Below are positions 42,647 to 54,400 of a stretch of 57,921 nt of DNA, one piece after another. Origin of the DNA: Oligoflexia bacterium (GTDB lineage: Bacteria; Bdellovibrionota; UBA1018); NCBI GenBank assembly GCA_043732485.1, contig JAYTHP010000212.1, forward strand, positions 1 to 57,921. The letters are read 5' to 3'. A program made the translations under genes and the position numbers. The notes under the pieces were generated by a model, which worked only from the letters and a program-made list of their open reading frames with translations, had not been told where the DNA came from and did no database searches. How positions within the stretch are numbered: the first letter of the stretch is position 1; every line of letters starts with the position of its first letter.

Positions 42647-43552
42647 GTGGGTAAGATTATTGCCGTTACTAATCAAAAAGGTGGAGTAGGTAAAACCACC
42701 ACCACGGTGAACCTTGCAGCCTCGCTTGCCGTTAGTGAAAAAAAAGTACTTGTGCTGGATTTTGATCCCCAAGGCAACGCCAGTTCGGCTTTTGGCCTTG
42801 ATCGCGCGAGCTTTGAGCAGACCGGGACCATCTACCAGGTTTTAGTGGGCGATCGCTTGCTCTCACAAGTCATTCAACCGACGGAAATGGATAGTCTTTT
42901 TGTCGCTCCTGCCAGTAGCGATCTTGCCGGAGCCGAAATTGAGCTCGTCGGAGCCTTTGCACGGGAGCATAAACTGCGCAGCGCGCTTGAGGAAGTGTCG
43001 CATCAGTATGATTACATCTTCATTGACTGTCCACCTTCTTTAGGGCTGCTGACGATCAACGCGCTGACGGCCGCTCACTCCTACCTGGTGCCCCTGCAAT
43101 GCGAGTATTTCGCGCTGGAAGGGCTAAGTCAATTGTTAAATACAGTCTCTTTAATCAGAAAAAACCTCAATCCGCAACTCGCTGAAGAAGGCATTGTGCT
43201 GACGATGTTTGACAGCCGCAATAACCTGGCCAACGAAGTGGTCAAGGAAGTGCGTACCCACTTTGGCCACCAGGTCTTCAAGACCATCATCCCACGGAAC
43301 GTCAGGCTGAGCGAATGCTCTAGCTTCGGTAAGCCGATCTTGCTCTACGATATTGACTCCAAGGGCTGCCTCTCCTACCTCAACTTAGCAAAAGAACTGC
43401 TCGAGCGACATCAGCCGGTGGTTGCGGCACCTCCCCCTCCCGCACCGCAAAAGATTAAACCGCACAGCGCTCAGCCTTCCCGCGATGCAGGCGCTAATCC
43501 AGAATTACGCAGTAAAAACAGGCGCTTGCCACCAGAAGTGAGCTCGCCGTGA
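42647..43552 (+). CDS. parA: chromosome-partitioning ATPase ParA (Soj)
   Basis: The deviant Walker A is KIIAVTNQKGGVGKTTT, and DCPPSLG is present. GTG 42647 is preceded by AGGGAG. The C-terminal ~45 aa form a Pro-rich basic tail. Confidence 0.92.
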   Translation: MGKIIAVTNQKGGVGKTTTTVNLAASLAVSEKKVLVLDFDPQGNASSAFGLDRASFEQTGTIYQVLVGDRLLSQVIQPTEMDSLFVAPASSDLAGAEIELVGAFAREHKLRSALEEVSHQYDYIFIDCPPSLGLLTINALTAAHSYLVPLQCEYFALEGLSQLLNTVSLIRKNLNPQLAEEGIVLTMFDSRNNLANEVVKEVRTHFGHQVFKTIIPRNVRLSECSSFGKPILLYDIDSKGCLSYLNLAKELLERHQPVVAAPPPPAPQKIKPHSAQPSRDAGANPELRSKNRRLPPEVSSP

Positions 43553-43645
43553 TGCAAGTGCAGTGTCATCCGCTGCTTGCATTAGGGGTCAGCCGTCGTC
43601 GTTTGTAGTTTTTCGTAAAAGTCTTGGCAAAAAGGAGATCCGCTC

Positions 43646-44674
43646 ATGGTACAAAAACCCACTCTTGGCAAAGGCCTTGCTTCCTTGTTCCCGGGTAGCA
43701 GCCCACACCCGCACCCCTCCGCCGCGGCACTGTTCCCGCCGCCGCAAGACGAAACCCCACCACCTTCGCCCCCACCCCTCATCAGCTCAAGCGGCGCGCA
43801 AGTCCCCCAACACGCGACCCCTCACCCTGAGTCCACAGCAGCCACCCGCTACATGGGTATCACGCTAGCGCTGCTGGACGACATCACGGCCAATAGCCTC
43901 CAACCACGCCGAGACTTTGATGACCAAGCACTCGAGGAGCTGGCGGCCTCGATCCGGGTGCACGGCCTGATCCAGCCGCTGATTGTTCGCAAAAACGCCA
44001 CCCGCGGCTTTGAGCTGGTGGCAGGCGAACGCCGGCTGCGAGCCGCCAAAATGGCGGGACTCAAGCAAGTTCCCGTGGTGATTCGTAAGTCGACCGACCG
44101 CGAATCGCTGGAAGTAGCCTTAATTGAGAACATCCAGCGCTCGGACCTCAACTGCATCGACGAGGCGCTGGCCTACTTTCAGTTGATTAAGGAGTTTGGC
44201 TTGACGCAAGAAGAGCTCGCCACCCGCGTTGGCAAAGACCGCGCCTCAGTAGCCAATCACTTACGCCTCTTGCGCCTCCCGGAAGCGGTGATTGAGGACT
44301 TAAAGCAACAACGCTTATCGCTTGGCCACGGCAAGGCGATTTTATCGCTGGAATCGATGGAATTACGGCTGCAGGTCCGAAAACTGATCCTCGAGCAAGG
44401 CTTAAGCGTCCGGGCCACCGAGGTGCTAATTGACCGACTGAAAACAGAAGGCCCAACGTCAGACCCGGCAGACGCTCAAATGGATCCTCCAACGACGCCG
44501 CCAGAAAATGCCTTGCAACTGCGTCTGAACAACCTCAGTCGTGAGTTGGAGCGCCAATGGTCGACCAAAGTGGAAGTCCGCGGCACGGCTAGTAAAGGTA
44601 AGTTTCTCGTTCATTACTCCAACGCGCAAGAGTTTGAGCGTCTGCTTGAGAAGTTTCAAATGGGTTCCGCATGA
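43646..44674 (+). CDS. parB: chromosome-partitioning protein ParB (Spo0J)
   Basis: The N-terminus is LGKGLASLF. The ParB box reads QPRRDFDDQALEELAASIRVHGLIQPLIVR and GERRLRAAKMAG. The HTH reads LTQEELATRVGKDRASVANHLRLLRLP. A strong RBS, AAAGGAG, is present. Confidence 0.9.
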   Translation: MVQKPTLGKGLASLFPGSSPHPHPSAAALFPPPQDETPPPSPPPLISSSGAQVPQHATPHPESTAATRYMGITLALLDDITANSLQPRRDFDDQALEELAASIRVHGLIQPLIVRKNATRGFELVAGERRLRAAKMAGLKQVPVVIRKSTDRESLEVALIENIQRSDLNCIDEALAYFQLIKEFGLTQEELATRVGKDRASVANHLRLLRLPEAVIEDLKQQRLSLGHGKAILSLESMELRLQVRKLILEQGLSVRATEVLIDRLKTEGPTSDPADAQMDPPTTPPENALQLRLNNLSRELERQWSTKVEVRGTASKGKFLVHYSNAQEFERLLEKFQMGSA

Positions 44675-45084
44675 GCGCGACCTCCGATCTCTCGCTCCCT
44701 GCCACCTACTCGCTCGTCACCGCTATCCTGGACAGTGGTTGCGAGTTTGAAGGACGATTATGCTTTTTTGGTACCGTGCGTATTGGTGGCATTTTTCGTG
44801 GGGAAATCTACACGCCTGACACCCTGATTGTGGGTGAAGGAGCGCGCGTGGATGCCCACATTGAAGCAGGCGTGATTATCATTAGTGGGGAGGTCAACGG
44901 CACTTTGCGCGCCAAACACCGGGTGGAGATTAACCGCCCGGCCATTTTTCGCGGCGACATCTTAACCCCTAGCCTGAGCGTCGATGAGGGTGTGATTTTT
45001 GAGGGTAGTAGCAAGATGGGGTCATCGGCGTCCTCTCCGCCGTCCTCTCCACTCTCCTCCGCTGCTTCGGAAGCCACGAGCTGA
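44671..45084 (+). CDS. bactofilin-family cytoskeletal protein
   Basis: Repetitive beta-helix-type sequence is present (FEGRLCFFGTVRIGGIFRGEIYTPDTLIVGEGARVDAHIEAGVIIISGEVNGTL...). The start overlaps the parB stop (ATGA). Confidence 0.8.
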   Translation: MSATSDLSLPATYSLVTAILDSGCEFEGRLCFFGTVRIGGIFRGEIYTPDTLIVGEGARVDAHIEAGVIIISGEVNGTLRAKHRVEINRPAIFRGDILTPSLSVDEGVIFEGSSKMGSSASSPPSSPLSSAASEATS

Positions 45085-45111
45085 TTTTTATTTGACCCCC
45101 AAGCTTCAAGT

Positions 45112-45609
45112 GTGTTACCTCCAAACAAAATCTTCAAGTATAAGGTGGATCACCCTTTGGAAGCACTGCTGAAACAACTCGAACTCGATTACACTTTTTC
45201 TATTCACTTTTTTATTTTCTTCGCAGCCTTTTTTGCGCTCTCCCAGCTCTACTTGATCCCCTTCCAGCGGATGCTGGAAACTCGTTACCAAAAAATCAGC
45301 AAAGACCTTGAGCTAGCCGAACGGCTGGCGAACCAGGCAGTTGCAAAACTTGACGAGCATCGCAGACGCATGCAAGAGGCCAAACAGCTAGCCCAAAGCG
45401 AGTACGAGGTTTGGGTTGCCTCCGCTAAGAGCCAGGAATTACAAATCTTAACGCAGGCAAAGAATCAAGCCAAGCAGCTGAAGACCGCAAGCCTTGAACA
45501 ACTGCAAGACACCCAGGCAGAGCTCATAGCCCAACTCGAAGTGCAAGTCACCCCTTTGGCCCAAGCGATGGCTGAACCCTTCTTACTGCCGGAGTCGGCC
45601 GCAAGATGA
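45112..45609 (+). CDS. atpF: F0F1 ATP synthase subunit b' (b-like)
   Basis: A single N-terminal TM helix (FSIHFFIFFAAFFALSQLYLI) is followed by a long charged helix. Its position is immediately upstream of b/delta/alpha. Confidence 0.6.
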   Translation: MLPPNKIFKYKVDHPLEALLKQLELDYTFSIHFFIFFAAFFALSQLYLIPFQRMLETRYQKISKDLELAERLANQAVAKLDEHRRRMQEAKQLAQSEYEVWVASAKSQELQILTQAKNQAKQLKTASLEQLQDTQAELIAQLEVQVTPLAQAMAEPFLLPESAAR

Positions 45610-46091
45610 GCTTACTTGCACCGATGGTCAACCTCACGCTCTTAGGGTTTTTTTTACAACGCAGCCTCAAGGTTCCGCTGCGCGAATTTGCAGCCCAGCG
45701 GGCCAGCCAGGTTCGTGCTGACTTGCAAAACGCGGAAACTCAGCTGAGAACCGCAACCCAGCAACTGCACACCGCAAGCGTCAAACTTGCCGGACTCGAG
45801 CAAGAAATCAAATCACTGCACCAGGAGGCTGAGCGCACGGGCAGACTGGCGCATCAAAAGACCACCGAAGCAGCGCAGCGCTTAGCCGCCCGCCTGCTTG
45901 AGCAAGGTCGCTTCTCCAGTCAGCTCTTGCTGGAAGACTTTCAAGCCGCGCTGAAACAGCGCTTAGCCATGGCAGCGCTCACCCAAGCCACCCAGCTGAT
46001 TACCCAGCGCCTGGATCGCGGACAACAGCAGGCTTGGCGCCAGCAATTCGCACATCTCTTACCGCGCGAGCTTGCGAAGGGTTCCGCATGA
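45606..46091 (+). CDS. atpF: F0F1 ATP synthase subunit b
   Basis: A short N-terminal hydrophobic segment is followed by a long helical region. ATGA overlaps occur with both neighbours. Confidence 0.6.
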   Translation: MSLLAPMVNLTLLGFFLQRSLKVPLREFAAQRASQVRADLQNAETQLRTATQQLHTASVKLAGLEQEIKSLHQEAERTGRLAHQKTTEAAQRLAARLLEQGRFSSQLLLEDFQAALKQRLAMAALTQATQLITQRLDRGQQQAWRQQFAHLLPRELAKGSA

Positions 46092-46648
46092 AGCTTGCCA
46101 CAAGTTATGCCAACAGTTTTTATCAAGCAGCCCAAGAGCTCAGTGTCTCAGGCGAAGAGCTGAGCAAGCTGGTGACGCAGCTGCAAGACTTTCAAGAGCT
46201 GCTAGGTGCTCTCCCCCCTTTGAAAGCCATGCTGCTTGCGCCTTTCTTACCGCGCCAGGAAAAAATAGCGTTGTTAACGACCCTCTCTGCGGCAAGCGCC
46301 GTTGCTTTTCATCCGCTGGTCAGAGAATTTCTACTGCTCTTGACGCGCAAAAATCGCCTGCCGCTGCTCCTTGCGATCCTGACGTCCCTGAAGGCGGCGC
46401 TGGCCCTTGGTCAGGGTGAATTGCGGGGCACGGTGAGTTCGTCGCAAGCCTTAAGCCCGCAAGAGCTCACTGAGGTGGCAGCACTTTTTACCGCCAAATT
46501 GCAGAAGAAAGTCAGCTTAGAGCCGCAGATTGATCCTGCGCTTTTAGCGGGACTCAAGGTCACGGTCTTAGGGGTGACCTACGACGGCACGCTACTCAAC
46601 CAACTCCAACAACTGCAAGCTCATTTAACCCAAAGTCCACCGCTTTAA
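46088..46648 (+). CDS. atpH: F0F1 ATP synthase subunit delta (OSCP)
   Basis: The sequence reads MKLATSYANSFYQAA..., and the C-terminus is GLKVTVLGVTYDGTL, typical of delta. ATG 46088 overlaps the atpF stop. Confidence 0.75.
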   Translation: MKLATSYANSFYQAAQELSVSGEELSKLVTQLQDFQELLGALPPLKAMLLAPFLPRQEKIALLTTLSAASAVAFHPLVREFLLLLTRKNRLPLLLAILTSLKAALALGQGELRGTVSSSQALSPQELTEVAALFTAKLQKKVSLEPQIDPALLAGLKVTVLGVTYDGTLLNQLQQLQAHLTQSPPL

Positions 46649-46696
46649 GCGGCTGGGCCAGCGTTCGCTCACCCTTTTGAAGGAAACACACCTGTT

Positions 46697-48226
46697 ATGT
46701 CCATTCGACCGGAAGAAATCACCGACCTACTGAAAACCCAACTGCTTCAATTTGAAAAGAAATTTGATATTTCCGAAACCGGCTCCGTTATCACCGTAGG
46801 TGACGGCGTGGCGCGTGTCTATGGCTTGGAAAACGTCATGGCAGGCGAGCTGGTGGACTTTGGCGGAGGCGTGACCGGCATGGTGCTGAACCTCGATGCC
46901 GAAAGCGTGGGGGTGGCGATTCTCGGGGATGAGACCCAGGTAAAAGAAGGCAGCAAGGTCAAGCGGACCTCGAAAATTGTTGAAGTTCCGGTGGGAACCG
47001 CCCTACTGGGCCGCGTGGTCAATGCCTTAGGCGTGCCGATTGACGGCAAAGGTCCGCTCAAGGGTGTCGAGTATCGCAAGATGGAAATGAAGGCTCCCGG
47101 CATTGTCGCCAGGCAATCGGTGAAAGAGCCACTGCAGACCGGCATTAAGGCGATTGATGCGATGATCCCGATTGGCCGTGGACAGCGGGAATTGATCATT
47201 GGTGATCGTCAGACCGGAAAGACCGCCGTAGCGCTTGACACGATTATCAATCAAAAAGGGCGCGCGGTGATGTGTATTTATGTCGCCATTGGTCAAAAGC
47301 AATCCACCGTAGCCCAGGTCGTCGATCAGCTGCGCACTCATGACGCGCTCGATCACACCATTGTGGTGGCAGCCACTGCCTCTGAAGCGGCTTTGCTGCA
47401 ATTTCTGGCCCCTTATGCCGGGGTCACGATGGGCGAATGGTTTCGTGATCAAGGACAACACGCGCTGATTGTTTATGATGATTTAACGAAGCAAGCGCAA
47501 GCCTACCGACAGCTCTCCTTGCTGCTCAGGCGCCCCCCGGGGCGCGAGGCCTACCCAGGCGACGTGTTTTACCTTCACTCCCGCCTTCTAGAGCGCGCCG
47601 CTAAATTATCGGATGCTTTAGGTGGAGGATCGCTCACCGCTTTGCCGATTATTGAAACGCAAGCAGGTGACGTCTCCGCTTACATTCCAACCAACGTCAT
47701 TTCCATTACGGACGGGCAAATCTTCTTAGAAACCGATCTTTTTTACTCAGGCGTGCGTCCGGCAGTGAACGTCGGGCTTTCCGTGTCCCGCGTCGGAGGC
47801 AGCGCGCAGATTAAGGCCATGAAGCAGGTGGCAGGCACTTTGCGTTTAGACTTGGCGCAATACCGCGAAAAAGCAGCCTTTGCGCAATTTGGCAGCGATC
47901 TTGACACGGCCACCCAAAGACAGCTGGCCCGCGGACAACGCTTGATGGAAATTCTCAAGCAAGGGCAATACCAACCCATGAGTGTTGAGCAGCAGGTGGT
48001 GATCTTGTTTGCCGGGATTCACGGCTGGCTGGATAAGATCCCGGTTGAGAAGCTAAAGCTTTACGAAAGTCAGTTGCTCAAGTTGCTTGAGACTCAGCAC
48101 TCTCATCTTTTGACCACGATCCAAACCGCAGGCAAGATCTCGGAAAGCACGCAAGCGGAGTTGGAGAAAGTGCTGCAGAGTTTTGGGGCTGAGTTTGCGC
48201 AGGCGGTGGACGCGCAGCATGCCTAG
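46697..48226 (+). CDS. atpA: F0F1 ATP synthase subunit alpha
   Basis: The Walker A is GDRQTGKTA. The sequence is highly canonical throughout ([25 protein letters not shown]). Confidence 0.97.
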   Translation: MSIRPEEITDLLKTQLLQFEKKFDISETGSVITVGDGVARVYGLENVMAGELVDFGGGVTGMVLNLDAESVGVAILGDETQVKEGSKVKRTSKIVEVPVGTALLGRVVNALGVPIDGKGPLKGVEYRKMEMKAPGIVARQSVKEPLQTGIKAIDAMIPIGRGQRELIIGDRQTGKTAVALDTIINQKGRAVMCIYVAIGQKQSTVAQVVDQLRTHDALDHTIVVAATASEAALLQFLAPYAGVTMGEWFRDQGQHALIVYDDLTKQAQAYRQLSLLLRRPPGREAYPGDVFYLHSRLLERAAKLSDALGGGSLTALPIIETQAGDVSAYIPTNVISITDGQIFLETDLFYSGVRPAVNVGLSVSRVGGSAQIKAMKQVAGTLRLDLAQYREKAAFAQFGSDLDTATQRQLARGQRLMEILKQGQYQPMSVEQQVVILFAGIHGWLDKIPVEKLKLYESQLLKLLETQHSHLLTTIQTAGKISESTQAELEKVLQSFGAEFAQAVDAQHA

Positions 48227-49130
48227 TATTAAGGATCTTAAAAAAAGAATCACCACCGTGAAGAACACCCAGCAGACCACGCGGGCCATGAAGATGGTTT
48301 CCGCGGCGAAGCTGCGGCGCTCGCAAGAGGCGATTGTCAATCACCGCCCTTACGCACGGAAGATTCAAAGCCTGATCCACTCGCTGACGCCCTTGATCTC
48401 GGCTGAGAGTTTTCCAAAACTTGCGGTTTTTCAAGGAAGCAAAAGCTCGCAGCCGACGGGAGAGCAGGTGGGGTTAGGCGGCGTGCAGAAGCAGCTACTC
48501 GTGGTGGTGACCTCCGAGCGCGGCTTGTGTGGCAGTTTTAACGGCAACGTGCTGAAGCTCACCCAGCGAGTGATGGGAGAGTTAAGCCAGCAGCATCAAG
48601 AGTTTGAACTTTCGTTTATTGGTAAAAAGGGCTATGATTTTTTCAAAACCAAGTCGGTGAAAATCGCCTCCCATTTTCCTGATCTCACGGGGAAGGTCAC
48701 GGCAGGAAAAGCAAAGAAGTTAGCGCAGACGTTGCTTGCTCAATTCCTGGCAGGACACTTCTCGCAAATTCGGATCATTTACAACGAGTTTGCGAGTGCG
48801 GGCGCCCAGATCACCCGTATTGAGACCTTTTTACCCCTGGTGACTGAGCTTGCGGCATCACCGCCTTTAGATTATATCGAGCGTGATCAGCTGCCTGAGG
48901 TTTACGAACAGTTACTTGAGAAAAGTTTTTCCAATCAAATCCTGAGGATTTTCTTGGAATCGCAAGCCAGTGAACACGCCGCGCGCATGGCTGCGATGGA
49001 AAACGCGACGAAAAATGCAGGAGAAATGATCCGCAAGCTGACTTTGCTTTACAACAAGACCAGGCAAGCGGGGATTACCAAAGAATTGCTAGAAATTATT
49101 GCGGGCAGTGAATCGCAAAAAAATGCTTAA
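48219..49130 (+). CDS. atpG: F0F1 ATP synthase subunit gamma
   Basis: The N-terminus is [34 protein letters not shown] and the C-terminus is [16 protein letters not shown] 48219 overlaps the end of atpA. Confidence 0.93.
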   Translation: MPSIKDLKKRITTVKNTQQTTRAMKMVSAAKLRRSQEAIVNHRPYARKIQSLIHSLTPLISAESFPKLAVFQGSKSSQPTGEQVGLGGVQKQLLVVVTSERGLCGSFNGNVLKLTQRVMGELSQQHQEFELSFIGKKGYDFFKTKSVKIASHFPDLTGKVTAGKAKKLAQTLLAQFLAGHFSQIRIIYNEFASAGAQITRIETFLPLVTELAASPPLDYIERDQLPEVYEQLLEKSFSNQILRIFLESQASEHAARMAAMENATKNAGEMIRKLTLLYNKTRQAGITKELLEIIAGSESQKNA

Positions 49131-49228
49131 AATAACCTCCTGCAATCCACGAGCTCCCGAACCAGAGAGCTCCTCGCAAGTGAAAGCCCAAAGGTTAAAA
49201 GAAGGCTCATAGGAAGGAATGAACGTAG

Positions 49229-50701
<1,473 letters not shown>

Positions 50702-50777
50702 GGCTCTTAGCCAATAAGCAAAAAGCCTGAGCCATTGCTTGCTAATGGACTTATGCGCATGAAGAGGAACACACACG

Positions 50778-51248
50778 GTGGTGAAGCCAGAATCGAAGCC
50801 AGAATCAAAGCCAGGATCACCTGAAACACCTACCGAAGCGTCTGACTTTTTAACGCTCGATTTATTAACGCCCGAGCGCCGGGTGTTAGAAGGTGGGCGT
50901 GTCAAAGAAGTGACTCTGACCACCTTACGGGGAGAGATTCAGGTTCTCCCAGGTCACGCCCCGCTGGTGGGACTGCTGGCCGTGGGTATGATCCGGTATC
51001 AGACGGTAGGCTTAGAGGACGTCTCAGCGGCGATTTCCACGGGGTTCTTTGAAGTCGCAGGTAACCATGTCAGCGTTTTGGCAAGTACGCTGGAGTTGGC
51101 AACCGAGATTAATCTCTCACGCGCGAAGAAGGCGCAAGAGCTTGCTGAAGAGGCCCTCAGGGGCTCGGATCTCGATGAGGGCGAGTTCAAGAAATATCAA
51201 CTGAAATTGCAACGCTCACTCGTGCGACAAAGCCTGGCAAATCAATAA
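50778..51248 (+). CDS. atpC: F0F1 ATP synthase subunit epsilon with an N-terminal KPES-repeat extension
   Basis: The core reads LDLLTPERRVLEG...GEIQVLPGHAPLVGLL...GFFEV..N.VSVLA. The start is GTG, preceded by AAGAGGA. Confidence 0.85.
   Translation: MVKPESKPESKPGSPETPTEASDFLTLDLLTPERRVLEGGRVKEVTLTTLRGEIQVLPGHAPLVGLLAVGMIRYQTVGLEDVSAAISTGFFEVAGNHVSVLASTLELATEINLSRAKKAQELAEEALRGSDLDEGEFKKYQLKLQRSLVRQSLANQ
50784..50819. repeat. 12-bp in-frame tandem repeat x3 encoding KPES-KPES-KPGS
   Basis: Read directly: aagccagaatcg aagccagaatca aagccaggatca. Confidence 0.9.
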
Positions 51249-51255
51249 TATTTAG

Positions 51256-51284
51256 TTGAAAAAATAAGGAGATCCCTTTACACT
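51256..51284 (+). promoter_or_regulatory. candidate sigma70 promoter downstream of atpC
   Basis: TTGAAA (51256-51261), a 17-nt spacer and TACACT (51279-51284) are followed by a 7-bp stem (ACCGCCA...TGGCGGT). Confidence 0.35.
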
Positions 51285-51485
51285 AGAATCTAGACCGCCA
51301 CCAAGTCACCCAGGCTCTGGCGGTTCAGGTTCTTAGCCTAAACAATGGCGTTTGCCTCAAAAGAGCTTTTTCGTCGCAGGCAGCTGACGGCGGCTTTGCG
51401 TCTGGTGGCCAAGCCCAGGCTCAAAAGAGAGCTTAAGAGAGAGCATAAAAAGAGAAAGGTGCCCCACTTTCATGAAAGCGAGTGA

Positions 51486-54400
51486 ATGACTCTGCCACCT
51501 ACTGGCCCTTTTGCACTCACGCGGCATCACCAGAAACAGCGACTGGTCGTCCGCGTTTTTTTAGTCAAAAGCCTAAGTTTAGCGCTCACTTTTTCGCTCC
51601 TCCCCCCACTCAGCCTCACTTATCTTAGCGCTGCGGCTGCAAACTCCTTGCAAGACACTCAGCCCAGCACCCTTGAGCAAGAAGCGGAACTGGCTCAAAC
51701 CGAGGTCAAAGACCGGGAAATTGGGCAACCAGGGGCGCAGGAAATAGCGCAAGACGCTGCTCAGGAAAGCGTCGCCCAGGAAGTCAGTGGTTTACCGCTC
51801 CTGCCTGAGTCTGCAGGGCGGGCTGAAGCGCCTCAAGCTGAGGATCAGACAGCGGCCATCCTCCTTCCCCCGGAACAAACCACTCAAGCCAGAACAGAAG
51901 CTGTAGCCGACGAGGTTATCTCCGACGCTTCCAAAGACACCTCCAACGCAGCCTCCAAAGACGCGCCACTCACTGAAAATGAGAAAATGGCCTCCATTCA
52001 CGACTTCCTGCGACAGCAGTTCCAGCAGTCAGTCGAGTCTCAAGAGGACAGCCCGTCGACCTCCTCCTTATCGCCGCCCGCGGAAGCCACACGCGGCGAC
52101 TCAGACGACTTAGAGGACTCATCGAAAGACTCACGAGAGGACCTAGACCAATCTAAAAATGCCCAGCCACCAGGTCCACCGCCAGGCACAAGCACTTACC
52201 CACCGGTTGCTCTACTCACTCCCCTGCAGGCTGCGGCAACCCCTTCTCAGCCTGCACAAAACCCGCCTGAAACCGAGCTCGTACCGCTCACTCTGGCAGC
52301 AAACCTTTTACCTGTCACGCTGCGCACGCCGCAAGACCGTGACGGGCATAGCTCCGAAGACCTTGCTGTTGGTGGCAGTAGCAGGAGCCCGCATAGCTCC
52401 TGGCGTCGTCTGTCTTCACCTCACTTAGCGAGCACCACCGCGACCCCCACGACAGACGACCTGCAACCCACGAACCGCAACAGCGCAGCTCACCAGTGGG
52501 GTGCCGCTTACTTGGACGCCTTGCGCACCACGCAAGCAGCAGCATCGCTCCATTCACTGCCGCCTGCAATGCCCCGCAAGAAAAAAAAACGACGCAGACG
52601 TAGGCCTCAACCCCACCGCAGCAGCAGAATCACGAGCTCCAGTCCTACCGGCCAAACTTACGCTCCAGGCACCCCTACCACCTCCTTGCTTCGTCAACCT
52701 GACCCTACGACTGCCGCACCCCTCCCGCCCTCAGCAGGGCTATGGCTGACAACACTCTTGCGACCTACCGAGGGAATCCCACTGAAAGCGACTCCAGAAA
52801 TTCTCCTTGAGCCGCTTGCGCAGCGGATGGCGCAGTTGGAAATCCAGTCGCTTCTGGAGAGCGTCATGAACCTAGAAAGGAATATAGAAAGGGACGTGGC
52901 CGAAAGCGCAGAAAAACCAAGGGAAACTGCACGGAGCGCGCCCGAGAACAAGACAGACGTTTCTTTGCAGCAAATCGCTTTACGGCTAGCGCAACTCGCA
53001 CCCCAGTCGTCGCCCTCTGCTTCTCAGCCGGCCGACCCAGTGCACCCGACCGCGAAGGGTCAGCCCGGTGCTCAGCAGAATTTGACGAACGCGCCCAGGC
53101 AAGCGGCTGCAGCAAGTACTCGACCCACTTCCACCACCCAGCAGCAGCAACAAAACCAACTGCAGGCTCCATTGTTTTCGTTTGTCGAGGCCTTCGATGC
53201 GGAGCAAACGGTGCTTGATCCGCTTGCCGTGGAAACGCAAGGCATCCCCCTCAATCAACCCCACACGCCTGCGACTTGGGGTCAGGTGAGCCTGGCCCAA
53301 CACGGCACCACCTGGGTCTGGCTTGATCCCGCCCCTCCTACGTCCCAAGACCTTCAGACACTCCCTGAGGCCCGCCGCAGTATCCCGCTCATATCCGAGC
53401 AAACCGAAACTGGGCTACGAATGCTGGAGTCCTCGCTCAAGCGCTCGCACCTGCTGGCACAAAACCCTTCAGCAAGCAACGCCGAGTTGCTAGCTGCCGC
53501 CAGCGAGCGTGACAGTCAAAAGCCCACAGGCCTGGTCTATGGCCAACTGAAAGCAGGCTGGCGGCTAACCTGGGCTGGGGCCGAGCAACGGCAACCCCCC
53601 ATTTATCTCAGCTCCCACTATGAGCTTTTAGAGGACCCAGCGGTAGACTCAGGCAATGAGCCTGCAACCCTCTCCTACCCGCCGCAACAAGATCGCTTCT
53701 TCATCTACCGCAAGGTCTCTCCCGGGGCCCACCAGCTCATGCTGATCTCGCTGACAGACCCCAGCCAAGCTCTAGCCGTGAGTTTCCCGGTGACAGGCAA
53801 CCAGAAGACCTATCTCGATCTTACTCAGATTACGGGTCTTGATCTTGTAGGCCAAGTGCAAAAGCTCAACCGCCTGGAGCCCTTTCAATTCTTACCTTCG
53901 AACCGACACTATCAAGTAGTGGTCCTTGGACAGCCCAATGCCTGGGCAATCACACAAGAAGAGGGACGATTTGAGATCCCCGGGGTGCTCATCGCCGGAA
54001 GCTACCCACTCTTGCTTGAGACGCGCCATCCACGGGAGTTCACCCATCGCTATCAAATCAGAAGCGAGGCAGCGACTGCTAGGCGCGAGCTGCAACTGAT
54101 TCGCGTCCCCAACCCTCTAATTGAATTTTGGCGTCACCCGGTACTAGCGCATTTTGGTCAAGACGAGGATGCAGATAGTAGTATCATGAGCGGAAGTAGG
54201 ACAGGGGAGGACGCTCTACTGGAGGGCGGCGGCGGTGACATGCCGCTTGGCACTAGTGCTCGCAGTAGCAGGGATGAGGAATGGAGTGAGCAAACGGGCA
54301 TAGTGGTTGGCTTTGTAGCTGGGCTGATGGCAGCGTGGGATGAGCGCTATATTCTTCCTAATATTTATTCGCTTTTCTCAAGCGGCGGCAGGGAATCAAG

